DNA of 64,000 nt from Candidatus Spongiisociaceae bacterium (GCA_965219685.1 CBDCOH010000002.1:1472001-1536000), one strand, 5' to 3'. Shown: positions 1-13,188, counted from the first letter of the stretch. Made by a program: numbers and translations. The notes: generated from the letters alone by a model not told the origin.

Positions 1-274
1 TCTGGTTGCCCACGGGGACCGAGATCGGAGCCCCGGTGTTCCGTACCTGCGCACCTCTGACCAGCCCGTCGGTAGAGGCCATCGCAACGGCCCGCACCCG
101 GCTCCGACCGAGGTGTTGAGCCACCTCCGCGACGATCGTCTTCTGTTCTCCTTCGACCTCAAGGTCGATCTCGAGCGCGTGAAGGATTTCAGGGAGGCCT
201 TCCCGGGGGAACTCCACGTCGACCACCGGACCGGCTACCTTGCTGATCCGTCCTACGCTGACCGTTTCTGCCAT
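1..274 (-). CDS. atpD: F1Fo ATP synthase beta subunit, 5' part (runs off the window)
   Basis: Manual translation from ATG at 274: [23 protein letters not shown]...EVAQHLG...[15 protein letters not shown]; directly downstream of atpG. Confidence 0.95.
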   Translation of the reverse strand, partial: MAETVSVGRISKVAGPVVDVEFPREGLPEILHALEIDLEVEGEQKTIVAEVAQHLGRSRVRAVAMASTDGLVRGAQVRNTGAPISVPVGNQ

Positions 275-287
275 ATGTACTCCAGTT

Positions 288-1175
288 TCAACCCGCGGCC
301 AGCGCTTGCGCGCCACCCACGATCTCGGCTATTTCAGTGGTGATCTCGGCCTGGCGCGCCTGGTTGGCGGTACGCGTCAGCACCTTGATCAACTCGTCTG
401 CATTCTCGGTCGCCGCTTTCATCGCCCGCTGCCGGCTGGCGTGTTCGGAAGCCGAGCTCTCCAGCAGTTGACCGTACAGAGCAGACTCCACATACCGGGG
501 CAGCAACCGTCCGAGGATCACCGCAGGGTCCGGCTCGTACTCGTAGGAGACCGCCCTTCCGCCCCCATCACTGCTCTCCGCAGCCGAAGGGGGGGTGACC
601 GGGAGCAACTCGATGCGGGTCGGAACGTAGGCGAGCGCCGACTGGTAGACCGTGTAGAAGACCTCCACCCCGTCCACAGATCCGGCCTCGTAGTCCTCCA
701 TCAGCGCCACACCGATACCACGGGCGTCCCCGTAGGTGGGCTGGTCCGTGACTCCGAAGAAGCTGTTGGCGATGTCGTAGCGCCGGAACGAGAAGTAGGT
801 CTGTGCCTTCTTGCCGACGGCATAGAGACGTACCGGAATGCCCTCTCCCCGGAGTTCGCTCATGCGAGCCTCTGCCATCCTCATCACCGAGGAGTTGTAG
901 GCCCCGGCCAGTCCCCTGTCGGACGTGACCACCAGAACACCCATCGTCCGCACGTCCCGACGCTCCAGGAGGGGATGGCCCACATCCCCGGACGCTCGTC
1001 CGACGTTGCGGATCACCTCGTTCATCTTCTCGGCGTAGGGTCGGGCAGCGCCCACCCGTTCACGGGCTTTGACGATGCGGGAGGCAGCGATCAACTCCAT
1101 GGCTCGGGTGATCTTCTTGGTGGATTCGACGCTGCGGATCCGCCGCCGGATGGCTCGGAGTTCGGCGCTGGCCAT
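288..1175 (-). CDS. atpG: ATP synthase gamma subunit
   Basis: [22 protein letters not shown] and [15 protein letters not shown] motifs. Confidence 0.98.
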   Translation of the reverse strand: MASAELRAIRRRIRSVESTKKITRAMELIAASRIVKARERVGAARPYAEKMNEVIRNVGRASGDVGHPLLERRDVRTMGVLVVTSDRGLAGAYNSSVMRMAEARMSELRGEGIPVRLYAVGKKAQTYFSFRRYDIANSFFGVTDQPTYGDARGIGVALMEDYEAGSVDGVEVFYTVYQSALAYVPTRIELLPVTPPSAAESSDGGGRAVSYEYEPDPAVILGRLLPRYVESALYGQLLESSASEHASRQRAMKAATENADELIKVLTRTANQARQAEITTEIAEIVGGAQALAAG

Positions 1176-1184
1176 TGCGGAGCG

Positions 1185-2717
1185 CTACTCCCCTTCCCCG
1201 AACGTCCCCGTGTAGGCGGCGATGGCAACGTCGAGGTCGTCACCTTCGGGGAGTGCGCCGGTCCGCCTGATGCCTTCGAGGACGTGCGAGTGTCTGACCC
1301 GGACGAAGTCCCGCAACTCGTGCTCGGCGCGGGCGATATCCGGCACGGGAATCGCGTCGAAGTGTCCCCGGGACACCGCGTAGATCACCAGTACCTGCTC
1401 CTCGACCGGGACCGGCTCGAACTGGGGCTGCTTGAGGATCTCCACCACTCGCCGGCCGCGCTCCAACTGTGCGAGCGAAACCGCGTCCAACTCCGAGCCG
1501 AACTCGGCGAAGGCCTCCAACTCGCGATACTGTGCGAGGTTCAGCCGCAGCGTTCCCGCCACCTTCTTCATCGCCTTGGTCTGAGCGTTGCCGCCGACCC
1601 GCGAGACCGAGATTCCGGCATTGATGGCCGGCCGGATGCCCGCGAAGAACAGGTCTGTCTCCAGGAAGATCTGACCGTCGGTGATCGAGATGACATTCGT
1701 CGGAATGTACGCCGAGACGTCGTTGGCCTTGGTCTCCACCAGGGGCAGGCCGGTGAGTGAACCCCCTCCCAACTCGTCCGAGAGCTTGGCGCAGCGTTCC
1801 AGCAGGCGGCTGTGCAGGTAGAAGACGTCACCGGGGAAGGCTTCACGACCAGGGGGCCGACGCAGGAGCAGCGAGATCTCGCGGTAGGCCACCGCCTGCT
1901 TGGTTAGGTCGTCGAAGATGACCAGCGCGTGCTGGCCGTTGTACATCCAGTGCTGTCCTATCGCGGAGCCGGCATAGGGGGCGTACATCTGCAGCGCTGG
2001 AGGTGACGACGCCGCAGCGGTCACCACGACGGTGTACTCCATAGCGCCTGCCTCCTCAAGGGCGGCCACCACTTCGGCCACTGTGGAGGCCCGCTGGCCC
2101 ACCGCCACGTAGATGCACTTCACCTCGTCCGGAGTTCCCTGGAACTGCTTCTGGTTGATGATCGTGTCGACGACGATCGCGGTCTTGCCGGTCTGGCGAT
2201 CACCGATGATCAGCTGGCGCTGGCCCTTGCCGATCGGGGTCATCGAATCGATGGCCTTGATCCCGGTCTGCAGCGGTTCGTGCACGGGCTTGCGCTGCAC
2301 GACCGACGGCGCCTGCACCTCTAGCAACCGCCTCGGGTTCTGGGGAACATCGCCCTTGCCGTCGAGCGGGTTGCCGACCGGGTCGATCACCCTGCCGAGC
2401 AGGGCATCCCCGACCGGCACGGAGAGCACCCGCCCGGTCTGGTGGACCGGATCCCCCTCCTCGATGTAGGCCGCCTCGCCCATGAGCACCACTCCTAGGT
2501 CGTGCTCGTCGAGGTTCAGGGTCACCCCCAGCAGGCCACCCGGGAACTCCAGTAACTCCGAGGCAGCCGCATTGGGCAATCCCGAAACTCTCGCAACACC
2601 GTCGGCGATCGACGTGACGTAACCTACCGTCTCCTGCTCGAGGCTGGGCGACCAGTCCGCCACATGCTTGCTGAGCGCCGCGGTGATGTCTTCGGGACTA
2701 ATCGTCAACTGCGCCAT
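1185..2717 (-). CDS. atpA: ATP synthase alpha subunit
   Basis: GDRQTGKT P-loop, [23 protein letters not shown]. Confidence 0.99.
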   Translation of the reverse strand: MAQLTISPEDITAALSKHVADWSPSLEQETVGYVTSIADGVARVSGLPNAAASELLEFPGGLLGVTLNLDEHDLGVVLMGEAAYIEEGDPVHQTGRVLSVPVGDALLGRVIDPVGNPLDGKGDVPQNPRRLLEVQAPSVVQRKPVHEPLQTGIKAIDSMTPIGKGQRQLIIGDRQTGKTAIVVDTIINQKQFQGTPDEVKCIYVAVGQRASTVAEVVAALEEAGAMEYTVVVTAAASSPPALQMYAPYAGSAIGQHWMYNGQHALVIFDDLTKQAVAYREISLLLRRPPGREAFPGDVFYLHSRLLERCAKLSDELGGGSLTGLPLVETKANDVSAYIPTNVISITDGQIFLETDLFFAGIRPAINAGISVSRVGGNAQTKAMKKVAGTLRLNLAQYRELEAFAEFGSELDAVSLAQLERGRRVVEILKQPQFEPVPVEEQVLVIYAVSRGHFDAIPVPDIARAEHELRDFVRVRHSHVLEGIRRTGALPEGDDLDVAIAAYTGTFGEGE

Positions 2718-2750
2718 CGGTACTCACTCCTACTTCTCTCGTTCCATTCG

Positions 2751-3284
2751 TTAAGCGGTCACCGCTTCGCGTAGCTGTTCCAGGCGCTTCCGCACGGAAC
2801 CGTCGATCACGGTGTCACCCACCCTCGCGACCAAGCCACCCAGGATCGACTCGTCCACCACGACCCTCACCTCTACCTGGTTGCCGACTCGCTCCGCCAG
2901 GGCGTCGGCCAGACGCTCGACCGTTGCGTCGTCCAGCAAGATGGCGCTCCGTACCTCGGCGACCGCCCGGTTACGGGCCTCCGCCGAGCGCAGGGTGAAC
3001 TCGTCGGCGATCGAGCCGAGGTCGCCGCCTTTGCCCAGACCGACGGCGAAGCTCACGAAAGAAGTCGTCAGGCGATGGGCGCGCCCTCCCAGCAGGTCGT
3101 CTATCACCCCCTGCTTCCGCTCCATCGGCAGACGGTTGTCCCCGAGCGCCTCCTTAAGGTCGTCAGACCCTTCCAGGGCTCTGGCCAGCCGGAACAACTC
3201 GCCCTCGACGCGTTCCATCACGCCCTCGCCGCGGGCCATCTCGAATATGGCGGCGGCGTATCCGCGGATCGTCGCGTCGGCCAT
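2751..3284 (-). CDS. atpH: ATP synthase delta subunit
   Basis: YAAAIF N-terminus, ILGGLVARVGDTVIDGSV C-terminus; operon position. Confidence 0.95.
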   Translation of the reverse strand: MADATIRGYAAAIFEMARGEGVMERVEGELFRLARALEGSDDLKEALGDNRLPMERKQGVIDDLLGGRAHRLTTSFVSFAVGLGKGGDLGSIADEFTLRSAEARNRAVAEVRSAILLDDATVERLADALAERVGNQVEVRVVVDESILGGLVARVGDTVIDGSVRKRLEQLREAVTA

Positions 3285-3862
3285 CTACTCGCCCGACTCC
3301 AACTCTGCCAGATAGTTGTCGACCAGGCCGAGTTGTGTTTCCCTGTCCAGACTCCGGCCGACCACCTTCTCGGCCAGATCGATCGAGAGGTTGGCAACCT
3401 GGAGGCGGGCGGCATCGAGGGCTCGGTCCGACTCCGCAGCAGCCTCCTCCCGGGCCCTGCTGACGATTTCCTCCGCCTCCTGCTGAGCCCTGCTGACCGT
3501 CTCCGACCGTACAGCTTCGGCAGCCTGGCGGGCCTCGTCGACTATCCGGGCGGCCTCTCCCTTTGCTCCGGCCAACTGCTCCCGGTACCGGGATGCAAGC
3601 TCTTCGGCCTCCTGCCGGGTGTTCTCGGCCGATTCCAACCTCGAGCGCTCGGCCTCCTGGCGACGTGCCAGAGTGGCGCTGAGCACGGGCACCACCCATT
3701 TCCATATGAAGAAGAAAATGATGGCGAAGGCGATTATTCCCGCTATCAACTCCGAGGTCTCGGGGAGCAGCAGGCCGAGACCGCCACTATCCTCCGCGCC
3801 CTCCTCGGCGGCCAGCAGAAGAGGGGGCGCCGCCATCATGATCCGTGTATCAGGAGCCTTCA

Positions 3863-3863
<1 letters not shown>
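3285..3863 (-). CDS. atpF: ATP synthase F0 subunit b
   Basis: One TM helix followed by a charged coiled coil; operon position. True start may be 3839. Confidence 0.93.
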
Positions 3864-5014
<1,151 letters not shown>

Positions 5015-5022
<8 letters not shown>

Positions 5023-5479
5023 GCGAGCGAACTCTCCTTCCCTTGTTCCTTCCCAGGGCTACAGCCTCCCAGACCAACAGACCGACGTATGTGGCGATCA
5101 CGGCCAGCCCGAGCGCCGTCCGATCGACCTCGAACAGGGAGATAACCGCCCACATCGTCGCCGCGATCAGACCGAGGCGCAAGATGAACCCTAGAAGCGC
5201 ACCGGCATGATAGGCCCCGAGCGACACCCTCGCCAACCACGACAGCATGGATCCGGTCAGCAGGTAGTAGCCGGTCACTATGGCCACTCCGATCGCGGCC
5301 GCTACCAGGCCGTCGCGTCCCCGAACCAGTCCGAATGCCAACAGCATGACCGGGCCAACCACCACCGCCCGGCTGACGATCGAGCGGGCCATCTGCAGTT
5401 CCACCGGTGGACGCTCGGCGATGTAGCGTTCCACCTCGGACCGTTCCAATCCCTGACGGGTTCCTGCCTCAGCGGACAC
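5015..5479 (-). CDS. atpI: ATP synthase subunit I-like membrane protein
   Basis: Four TM helices, upstream of and overlapping atpB. Confidence 0.75.
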
Positions 5480-5762
5480 GGACCGCTTGCTTTCCGGTTG
5501 GCTTTCTTACCAGTTCCCACATCCGGTAGAAACCGTTGGCCGAACCTAGGGCGATACCCACGACCAGCAGCCACGGTTCTGTCGACAACCAGCGGTCGGC
5601 GAGCCATCCGAGGAGGGTTCCGGCCATGATCGACCCGAAAAAGGAACCGCCCGCGACCCAGCTGTCCGCGACAGCCGAGGTGACCCCGCGATGGGCAGTG
5701 CGGACGGCACCATCCGGTGCCATGTCCAGGTCGGACTCGGGCGCGCCAAAAGCCTCGGTCAT
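5469..5762 (-). CDS. AtpZ/AtpI-family small membrane protein
   Basis: GTLLGWLADRWLSTEPWLLVVG motif typical of the first gene of atp operons. Confidence 0.8.
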   Translation of the reverse strand: MTEAFGAPESDLDMAPDGAVRTAHRGVTSAVADSWVAGGSFFGSIMAGTLLGWLADRWLSTEPWLLVVGIALGSANGFYRMWELVRKPTGKQAVRVR

Positions 5763-5781
5763 CGACGGTGACCCTACAAGA

Positions 5782-5799
5782 TTGTGATTAGTTTCACAA
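5782..5799. promoter_or_regulatory. Rex-type (or CRP-type) operator TTGTGATTAGTTTCACAA upstream of the atp operon
   Basis: One mismatch to TTGTGAA-N4-TTCACAA; next to a TAGGGT -10 box 8 nt before the ATG at 5762. Confidence 0.75.
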
Positions 5800-5837
5800 G
5801 CTTCTGAGACCTCGTCACCTTACGGTCCGGGAAACCA

Positions 5838-7109
5838 TCAGACGTGCCCGGGGAAACTCGGCGGGTAGGGCTGGTAGTCCTGTGCCAGCGCAGCTACGTC
5901 GTGGCGCACCGCCTCCACTTTCGCGGAGTCTCCACGGTCTCGCAGTGCCCGGGTTATCAGGTCGGCCACCTGGACGGACTCGGCCTCCTTCATCCCGCAG
6001 GTCGTGATGCCGGGCGTCCCGATGCGGAGCCCGCTGGTGATGAAGGGTGGACGTGGGTCGTACGGGATCCCGTTGCGGTTGAGGGTTATCCCGATCGAGT
6101 CGAGAAGCGTCGATGCCTCCCTGCCGGTCAGGTCCTCGTCGATGGACCGCATGTCGAGCAGCAGCAGATGGTTGTCCGTACCGCCCGACACCACCCGGAC
6201 GCCACGTTCCATGAACGCGTGCGCCATGGCGGAGGCGTTCGCAACGATCTGCGCCGCGTAGGCCTGGAATTCGACGGTCGAGGCCTCCTGGAAGCACACC
6301 GCCTTACCGGCGATCTGGCTGATGATCGGACCGCCCTGCATGTCGGGGAACACGGACTTGTTGAGCCCCGGTCCGTACTCCTCTCGGGCCATGATCATCC
6401 CACCCCGCGGACCTCGGAGGGCCTTGTGGGTCGTGGCCGTGACGATATCCGCAAAGGGGGTCGGGTTCGGCATCGCCCGGCCGGCGACCAGCCCGATGAA
6501 GTGGGCTGCGTCCACCATCAGCAGGGCGCCGATCTCGTCGGCGATGGAGCGGAACGCCTCGTAGTCGAGATGGCGCGAGTACGCCGAATAGCCGGCGAGC
6601 ACGATCTTGGGGCGATGCTCGAGTGCCTTGGCTCGCACCTCATCCATGTCGATGACCTCGGTCCGCCGGTCCACGCCATAGGCGATGAACCGGTAGAGGC
6701 GCCCCGAGAAGTTGACCGGTGAACCGTGGGTGAGGTGACCTCCCTCGGCCAGGCTGAGCCCCAGCACCGTGTCGCCCGGTTCGAGATGGGCGAAGTAGAC
6801 CCCCATGTTGGCCTGGGCGCCCGAGTGGGGCTGCACGTTGACGTACTCGGCGTCGAAGAGGGACTTGGCGCGATCGATCGCCAGGCCTTCGAGCAGGTCC
6901 ACCATCTGGCATCCCTCGTAGTAGCGCCGCCCGGGATATCCCTCCGCGTACTTGTTGGTGTAGATGGATCCGCACGCCTGCATCACGGCCGGGGAGGCGA
7001 AGTTCTCCGAGGCGATCAGGTGGATGTGGGTGTTCTGGCGGCCCACGTCCGCCTTGATCAGATCGGCCACCGCCGGGTCGACCTGTTCGATCGGTCTCAT
7101 ATCGGTCAT
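5838..7109 (-). CDS. glyA: Serine hydroxymethyltransferase
   Basis: LIASENF, NKYAEGYPGRRYY, GGHLTHG, TTHKALRGPRGG. Confidence 0.98.
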   Translation of the reverse strand: MTDMRPIEQVDPAVADLIKADVGRQNTHIHLIASENFASPAVMQACGSIYTNKYAEGYPGRRYYEGCQMVDLLEGLAIDRAKSLFDAEYVNVQPHSGAQANMGVYFAHLEPGDTVLGLSLAEGGHLTHGSPVNFSGRLYRFIAYGVDRRTEVIDMDEVRAKALEHRPKIVLAGYSAYSRHLDYEAFRSIADEIGALLMVDAAHFIGLVAGRAMPNPTPFADIVTATTHKALRGPRGGMIMAREEYGPGLNKSVFPDMQGGPIISQIAGKAVCFQEASTVEFQAYAAQIVANASAMAHAFMERGVRVVSGGTDNHLLLLDMRSIDEDLTGREASTLLDSIGITLNRNGIPYDPRPPFITSGLRIGTPGITTCGMKEAESVQVADLITRALRDRGDSAKVEAVRHDVAALAQDYQPYPPSFPGHV

Positions 7110-7150
7110 GGCTGTGACCTCCGTTGTCGTAGTGGCCGGAGGGTAGCGTT

Positions 7151-7242
7151 TGGTGGCTGGTGAGTGGTGAGTAGTGAGTAGTGAATGGTGAACAGTGTCA
7201 GTATAATCTAATATAACCTAGCAACTAGTAACTAACAACTAG
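7151..7242. repeat. Head-to-head heptamer repeat array: TRGTGAR arm, AT-rich core, CTARYAA arm
   Basis: TGGTGGC TGGTGAG TGGTGAG TAGTGAG TAGTGAA TGGTGAA ... CTAGCAA CTAGTAA CTAACAA. Confidence 0.85.
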
Positions 7243-7799
7243 CATCTAACAGGGCCTTGCCGGAGGACGGCGGGGGGATCGAGGGTTAGGTCGACCACGG
7301 TGGAGGCTTGGCCGCCGTGACAGCGGCCTTCCACGTAGACGGCCACGCCGTCACCCAGCGCTTCCCGCGCGCCGGCGGAGTCGATTGCGGGAGGAGATCC
7401 GCTCCGGTTGGCGCTCGTGACCGCCAGGGGACCCGACCGCGTGAGGAGGTCCCGGAGCTTCGGGTGGTCGGGCATGCGTACCGCCAGGGTTCCACGCCGG
7501 TGGTCCCCCACTCCCTCGGCCAACTCCACTTTGCTCCGCAGGATGGCGGTGAAGGCTCCGGGCCAGAACTTGCCTACCAGTTTCCGAGTTTGCCCGGTGA
7601 GACGAACCAGATCCTCCGCTTGGTCGAGTGAAGCCACCAGCACGGCCAGCGGCAGGTGCTCACCGCGTCCCTTGAGTTCGAACAGTGCACGGACGGCGAC
7701 CGGCTCGGCCGGATCCACCGCCACTCCGTAGACCGTGTCGGTCGGGATGCCCACGATCAGGCCGGATCGGAGGGCGCGCAGCGCTACCTCGACGCTCAT
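7239..7799 (-). CDS. tsaC: L-threonylcarbamoyladenylate synthase (Sua5/YwlC/TsaC)
   Basis: PTDTVYG, KGR, TSANRSG, STVVD; ATGA overlap with the prmC stop. Confidence 0.93.
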   Translation of the reverse strand: MSVEVALRALRSGLIVGIPTDTVYGVAVDPAEPVAVRALFELKGRGEHLPLAVLVASLDQAEDLVRLTGQTRKLVGKFWPGAFTAILRSKVELAEGVGDHRRGTLAVRMPDHPKLRDLLTRSGPLAVTSANRSGSPPAIDSAGAREALGDGVAVYVEGRCHGGQASTVVDLTLDPPAVLRQGPVRC

Positions 7800-8605
7800 C
7801 GTTCCATCCACGCGAGCAGGAAGCGGTCCCGTCCAGTCCAGTCACGCTCGACGGTCGCCTCCCATCCGCCGCCGTGGAAGAGCCTTGTGACGTCGCGGCC
7901 TTGGAGTTCTCCGATCTCGGCAACCAACACGCCGGTCGGTGTCAACCACGAGAACCCTCCGCTTGCCAGGTGCCGGTACATTTCCAAGCCGTCGCCCATA
8001 ACCAGTGCCGACCTGGGTTCGTGATCCCGTACATCCGTCGGGAGGTCCGGCCAGTCCGCTTCGGCCACATAGGGAGGATTGGTCACGATCACCGACACGG
8101 AGCCCTGCATCGATGGATCCAAGGCGGCAAGGCCATCACCGTTGCGGAAGTCCACCTCCAGGGTCAAGCGTCCTGCGTTGCTCCGGGCCAGGTCGAGGGC
8201 GTCGGAGGAGATATCGGTGGCGACCATGTGGATGTCCGGGCGTTCGTGCTTGATGGCCAGGGCCAGACAACCGGAGCCCGTCCCGATGTCGACCACGCGG
8301 CATGGTTGGCCCGGAAGCAGCGCCATCACCCTCTCCCACAACTGTTCCGTCTCGGGACGTGGGATCAACACGCGGCGGTCCACCTCCAGTTCGATAGGAC
8401 CGAACTGGACCGTCCCCTCCAGGTACTGGAGCGGCTCGCCGGCCTTCCGGCGTGCGACCAGCCGACCAAACCGGAACGCTCCGGCCTTATCCACCGGCAT
8501 CCCTCCCACCACGGTCGACCGGGGGGCTCCGGTCACCAGACGCAGAAGTCGCTCCGCCTCATGACGAGCCAACCCTGACCCGGAAACCAGTTCCCGTGAA
8601 CTCAT
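7796..8605 (-). CDS. prmC: Release factor glutamine methyltransferase
   Basis: GEPLQY, VLIPRPETE, DIGTGSG, NPPY. Confidence 0.96.
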   Translation of the reverse strand: MSSRELVSGSGLARHEAERLLRLVTGAPRSTVVGGMPVDKAGAFRFGRLVARRKAGEPLQYLEGTVQFGPIELEVDRRVLIPRPETEQLWERVMALLPGQPCRVVDIGTGSGCLALAIKHERPDIHMVATDISSDALDLARSNAGRLTLEVDFRNGDGLAALDPSMQGSVSVIVTNPPYVAEADWPDLPTDVRDHEPRSALVMGDGLEMYRHLASGGFSWLTPTGVLVAEIGELQGRDVTRLFHGGGWEATVERDWTGRDRFLLAWMER

Positions 8606-8619
8606 GTAGCAGCCCGGGC

Positions 8620-8880
8620 TCAGAAGTCGTAGATGCCGAATCGCTGACCGAGGGCGGGGAGGTCGATAATCGTGGAGGCGGGAAGGCCCAGTCCTCGGAG
8701 TTCCGCGGCCAGCACGGCCATCACCGGCGGCAGATCCGCCCGCTCCTGGATCTCCACGTCTACGGCTGAGGCGGACGCGCCGATCACCGAGCCGGCGCGG
8801 CCCACGCAGGCCTGTACGACTTCCTCGACCGCAGCGGGGGGAAATCCGGCGTCGGGCGAGAACCGGACGAAGAAGATCAC
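8620..8880 (-). CDS. Small hypothetical protein
   Basis: 86-aa ORF with a GTGA overlap on the prfA stop, filling the prfA-prmC gap. Confidence 0.65.
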   Translation of the reverse strand: MIFFVRFSPDAGFPPAAVEEVVQACVGRAGSVIGASASAVDVEIQERADLPPVMAVLAAELRGLGLPASTIIDLPALGQRFGIYDF

Positions 8881-9956
8881 ATTCCCTCCCCTAGGCGCCG
8901 GGCTGTCTCCTCAGCCTCCAGCGCTTCCACGAACTGGTCGAGTGCTCCCTCGAGGATCTGGGGCAGCCGCTTGACGGTGAGACCGATCCGGTGGTCGGTG
9001 ACCCGGTTCTCCCGGTAGTTGTAGGTGCGGATCTTCTCGGAACGGTCGCCGCTCCCTATCTGCGATCTGCGGCCGGCCGCCCGCTCGGCGTTGCGAGCCT
9101 CCAACTCCTCCTGGTAGAGCCGCGCCCGCAACACACGGAAGGCCTTCTCTTTGTTCTGGAGTTGCGACTTCTCGTCCTGGCAGGTGACCACCACCCCGCT
9201 CGGGAGATGGGTGACGCGTACCGCCGAGTCGGTGGTGTTGACCGACTGGCCCCCCGGACCCGATGAGCGGAACGTGTCCACCTTCACGTCGGAAGGGTCG
9301 ATCTCCACCTCGACGTCCTCCGCCTCGGGCATGACCGCAACCGTCGCGGTCGACGTGTGCACCCGACCTTGCGACTCGGTCTTCGGCACCCGCTGCACCC
9401 TGTGCACACCGGCCTCGTACTTGATCTTCCCGTATGCGCCCTTACCCTTGACAGCGAAGGTGACCGTGCTGTATCCGCCCGCCTCGGCCCCGGAACTGCT
9501 GAGAGGCTCCGCGGTGAAACCGAGAAGTTCGGCATATCGCTGGTACATCCTGAGGAGGTCACCGGCCCAGAGGGCTGCCTCGGCACCACCCGCCGCCGCC
9601 CGGATCTCGACGATCACGTCCTTCGAGTCGTCCGGATCCCGAGGCGCCAGAGCGGAACGGAGTTCTTCCACGAGACGGTCCGCCTCAGCCTGCCTTCCCC
9701 TGGCGAGTTCGAGGAACTCGGAGGCATAGTCGGGATCCTCCTCGGCGTCGGCCAACTCGATCGCGTCGCTGGCTTCCCGCTCGGCCTCCTGCATGGCCTT
9801 GTACGAGACCACCACGGGACGGAGTTCGGAGTAACGACGGCCTACCTCCGCGTAGCGAGCCGGGTCAGCGAGCACTTCCGGATCTGCAAGGAGCCCCTCG
9901 GTCTCGTCGTAGGCGACCTGGATCTCCTCCAACCGGTTGACCAGTCCATCCGTCAT
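8877..9956 (-). CDS. prfA: Peptide chain release factor 1
   Basis: GGQ motif, [27 protein letters not shown]; start MTDGLV at 9956. Confidence 0.97.
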   Translation of the reverse strand: MTDGLVNRLEEIQVAYDETEGLLADPEVLADPARYAEVGRRYSELRPVVVSYKAMQEAEREASDAIELADAEEDPDYASEFLELARGRQAEADRLVEELRSALAPRDPDDSKDVIVEIRAAAGGAEAALWAGDLLRMYQRYAELLGFTAEPLSSSGAEAGGYSTVTFAVKGKGAYGKIKYEAGVHRVQRVPKTESQGRVHTSTATVAVMPEAEDVEVEIDPSDVKVDTFRSSGPGGQSVNTTDSAVRVTHLPSGVVVTCQDEKSQLQNKEKAFRVLRARLYQEELEARNAERAAGRRSQIGSGDRSEKIRTYNYRENRVTDHRIGLTVKRLPQILEGALDQFVEALEAEETARRLGEGM

Positions 9957-9964
9957 GGCGCCGG

Positions 9965-10897
9965 TCACCGCCCGTAGGCCGCCAGCGCCTCGGGGACGAT
10001 CGGACCCCTGGCCCGTACCTCGCCCACCTCCTCGTCCGTCAGGGCATGCAGGAGGGCGACCACAGCCACCTCGATCATCGACTCCTCCGGTGCCCTGGTG
10101 GTGAGGCGCTGCAACCACAGCCCGGGAGCGGTGAGTACGCGGCCCACCAGACGGTCGACCTGCGATCCCCCCAACTTGAGTATCTCGTAGGAGAGACCGG
10201 CCACAAGCGGGATAAGGACCACCCGGCTGGCTATGAGCCAATACCACGGCAGGCTCCCCACCAGGCTGAACACGACGATGGCAACCAGCATCACGATGAG
10301 CAGGAAGCTGGTTCCGCACCGCGGGTGTTCAGGCCGATAGTTCCCTATGTGGTCGAGGTCGAGCGGATCTCCCGCCTCGTAGGCGTGGATGGTCATGTGC
10401 TCGGCCCCGTGGTAGGCGAAGACCCTCCCGATCTCCTCCCACCGTCCGATCAGCCAGATGTACCCGACCAGCATCGCGATGCGGACCACCGCCTCCACCA
10501 GATGGAACCATGCGGACGACGCGTCCAGGCCACCCCAACGCGCCGCCAGCAGCGGAACCACTATGAACACCGCGACGAAGAACACGCCCGCCAGAGTCAT
10601 CGAGGTGGCCATCTGCCCGGTACTCACCGGTTCCTCGTCCTCCCCCGCCGACCGCTGCCCTGACCAGGCAAGGGCCCTGAAGCCCAGCGTAAGGCTCTCC
10701 CCCAGCACAAGCACCCCCCTCACGAGCGGGATTCTGGCCCATTTCGAACGGGAACTGAGCCGGGGAAGCTGGTGGGAGACCGCCTCGATGTCACCCCCGG
10801 GATTTCGCACGGCCACCGCCCAGCCCGACGGCGCGCGCATCATCACTCCTTCTATGACTGCCTGGCCCCCGACCGTGGCCCCTGGCGAACGCGACAA
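9965..10897 (-). CDS. DUF1385 family membrane protein (putative metal-dependent)
   Basis: [26 protein letters not shown]. Confidence 0.9.
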   Translation of the reverse strand: MSRSPGATVGGQAVIEGVMMRAPSGWAVAVRNPGGDIEAVSHQLPRLSSRSKWARIPLVRGVLVLGESLTLGFRALAWSGQRSAGEDEEPVSTGQMATSMTLAGVFFVAVFIVVPLLAARWGGLDASSAWFHLVEAVVRIAMLVGYIWLIGRWEEIGRVFAYHGAEHMTIHAYEAGDPLDLDHIGNYRPEHPRCGTSFLLIVMLVAIVVFSLVGSLPWYWLIASRVVLIPLVAGLSYEILKLGGSQVDRLVGRVLTAPGLWLQRLTTRAPEESMIEVAVVALLHALTDEEVGEVRARGPIVPEALAAYGR

Positions 10898-10915
10898 CGG
10901 AGGGCCGCCGCGACC

Positions 10916-11194
10916 TCAGGACGGGTCGCCCGCGCCCCCTCGCTCGCGGGCAAGCTTGCCGTAACGCCGCTCGAACCGCTCGACCCTCCCGGCCGTGTCC
11001 ACCAGCTTCTGCTTGCCGGTGAAGAACGGGTGGCTGGCGCTGGATATCTCCACCCTGGCGAGCGGGTACGTCTCTCCGTCCTCCCACACGATGGTCTCGT
11101 TGGTGCGGATCGTCGAACGGGTGAGGAATGCGAAGCTGGCGGACGCGTCCTGGAACACGACAGGTCGGTATTCGGGATGTATGTCTCGCTTCAC
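10916..11194 (-). CDS. rpmE: 50S ribosomal protein L31, type B (no Zn-binding Cys)
   Basis: [15 protein letters not shown]...[24 protein letters not shown]. Confidence 0.95.
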   Translation of the reverse strand: MKRDIHPEYRPVVFQDASASFAFLTRSTIRTNETIVWEDGETYPLARVEISSASHPFFTGKQKLVDTAGRVERFERRYGKLARERGGAGDPS

Positions 11195-11302
11195 GGATGC
11201 TCCTGTTCCGACAGGCCGACACGTGCAATTATGCCACGTCCGAGCGGTCGGCGGTCATTGGTCACGGCGAGCGGCAATCCTAACGTTCTAATGCAGTGCG
11301 AG

Positions 11303-11336
11303 TAACTATCAACTGTCAACCAGCGACTGTCGACTA
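11303..11336. repeat. Degenerate heptamer array, C/A-rich arm abutting the rho stop
   Basis: CTATCAA CTGTCAA CCAGCGA CTGTCGA CTAG. Confidence 0.6.
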
Positions 11337-12878
11337 GTTGCGCGACTTGGCCACTTCGGCGAGGAACTCGGCATTCGACTTCGAGGTTCGAAGCTTGTCT
11401 ATGAGCAACTCGAGAGCGGACCCGGGCTCCAACGCCAGCAGAACCCTGCGCAGCTTCCAGACCTGGGTCAGCTCGTCAGGGTCGAACAGCAACTCCTCCC
11501 GGCGGGTACCCGATGAAGCGATGTCGATCGCCGGATAGACGCGCTTGTCGGCGAGACGCCGGTCGAGGCGCAACTCCATGTTGCCCGTGCCCTTGAACTC
11601 CTCGAATATCACCTCGTCCATCTTGGAGCCCGTCTCGACCAGAGCGGTCCCGATAATGGTCAGGCTGCCCCCTTCCTCGATGTTGCGCGCCGCTCCGAAG
11701 AATCGCTTCGGGGGATACAGGGCGGTCGAGTCCACACCTCCCGACAGGATCCGGCCGGACGCCGGAGTGGCGAGGTTGTGAGCCCGGGCGAGCCGTGTGA
11801 TGGAGTCGAGCAGGATGACCACGTCGGTACCCATCTCCACCAGCCGCTTCGCCCGCTCGATGGCCAGTTCGGAGACCTGGGTGTGCTCGTCCGCCGGTCG
11901 GTCGAAGGTGGAGTAGATCACCTCGCCCTTGACGGAGCGCTGCATGTCCGTGACCTCCTCCGGACGCTCGTCGACGAGCACCACCATGAGATGGCACTCA
12001 GGGTTGTTGACGGTGATCGCCTGGGCTATCTCCTTGAGCACTGTCGTCTTGCCGGCCTTGGGCGGTGAGACGACCAAGCCACGCTGGCCCTTCCCGATGG
12101 GAGCGATGAGGTCGATGATCCGCGTCAGTGTGTTGCGGGGCTTCCTCGGGACCTCCAGGCGGAGCCGGACATCGGGGAACAGCGGGGTGAGATCCGCGAA
12201 CTTGGGACGCTTGCGGGCCTCCTCGGGCGACATTCCGTTGTTCTTCTGGATCCGGGTGAGCGCGGGGAACTTCTCCTGGCTCCTAGGCGGGCGGATCGGA
12301 CCACTGAGGATGTCCCCCTTCCTCAGCGCGAACTTCCGGATCTGGCCCGATGACACGTAGACGTCCTTCTCCCCGGGGAGGTAACCGCCGCACCTCAGGA
12401 AGCCGTAACCCTCAGGAAGGATGTCGAGGGTTCCCTCACGAACCTCCGCCGGCCCGTCGTGAGGACCGGACTCCGCCGGGCGCCGCCGGCGCTTGCGCTT
12501 ACCGCCAACCGCATCGGGGCGCTGGCGAGGCGGTCCTCTCCGATCTCCGCCACGATGCTGAGGAGAGCGAGCGGCCTTGTCGCGGGTTGCGGTCCGGGCC
12601 GGTTGGGAGCCCGAGCCCGATGCCCGTTCTCCGTTGGCGCTGGCCGGCTTGGCGGGAGCGCCCTCCGCCGGAGGTGCAGTCTTCGACGCGCCGTCCTTCG
12701 CCACCACTTCCGGGAGATCAAGCGTCGCCACGCCGTCCGAGCCGTCGTAAGCGCCGGAGCCCATGATCGCATCGATCAACTTCGCCTTCTGGATTCCGTC
12801 GGTCTCGAGACCGACAGCCTGAGCAATGCTGCGCAAGTCTTTGATGCTCTTGGCCTGTAGCTCTGATCGGGTCGCCAT
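11334..12878 (-). CDS. rho: Transcription termination factor Rho
   Basis: [43 protein letters not shown]; N-terminal low-complexity insertion. Confidence 0.99.
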   Translation of the reverse strand: MATRSELQAKSIKDLRSIAQAVGLETDGIQKAKLIDAIMGSGAYDGSDGVATLDLPEVVAKDGASKTAPPAEGAPAKPASANGERASGSGSQPARTATRDKAARSPQHRGGDRRGPPRQRPDAVGGKRKRRRRPAESGPHDGPAEVREGTLDILPEGYGFLRCGGYLPGEKDVYVSSGQIRKFALRKGDILSGPIRPPRSQEKFPALTRIQKNNGMSPEEARKRPKFADLTPLFPDVRLRLEVPRKPRNTLTRIIDLIAPIGKGQRGLVVSPPKAGKTTVLKEIAQAITVNNPECHLMVVLVDERPEEVTDMQRSVKGEVIYSTFDRPADEHTQVSELAIERAKRLVEMGTDVVILLDSITRLARAHNLATPASGRILSGGVDSTALYPPKRFFGAARNIEEGGSLTIIGTALVETGSKMDEVIFEEFKGTGNMELRLDRRLADKRVYPAIDIASSGTRREELLFDPDELTQVWKLRRVLLALEPGSALELLIDKLRTSKSNAEFLAEVAKSRN

Positions 12879-13160
12879 CCGATTCCTCCATACAGCTATC
12901 TGGGATGCGGGAAAGCCGCGTTACAACGATCAACCCAACCTCGATCGCCTCGGGACCACGGCACCGGAGATCACCGGTCCAAACCCGACGAGTTCCTTGA
13001 TCGGGATTCCAGGAAGACCCTCCGGGCCTCGGCAGATCCGTTTCAGAGCTACCGAGGCTCGTACGAGACACCTAGGTCCGTACGAGACACCGACTCCGGA
13101 ACAAGAGACGTTCGCACGACTAGTGGGAGTGCTTACCCGGCGGCTCTGCGGGTATGGCGC

Positions 13161-13188
13161 ATCTTACCCGTAGGTATCCCAAACGCAA
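13161..13188 (-). promoter_or_regulatory. Putative sigma70-type promoter of rho (TTGCGT-16-TAAGAT)
   Basis: Near-consensus boxes; would give a leader of about 275 nt. Confidence 0.5.

Noticed and set aside
240-1760. Long antisense and alternate-frame ORFs here and throughout (e.g. 15963-17249, 21420-22778, 40297-41277)
   Set aside because: Shadow ORFs opposite well-conserved genes, expected at this GC content; no motifs.
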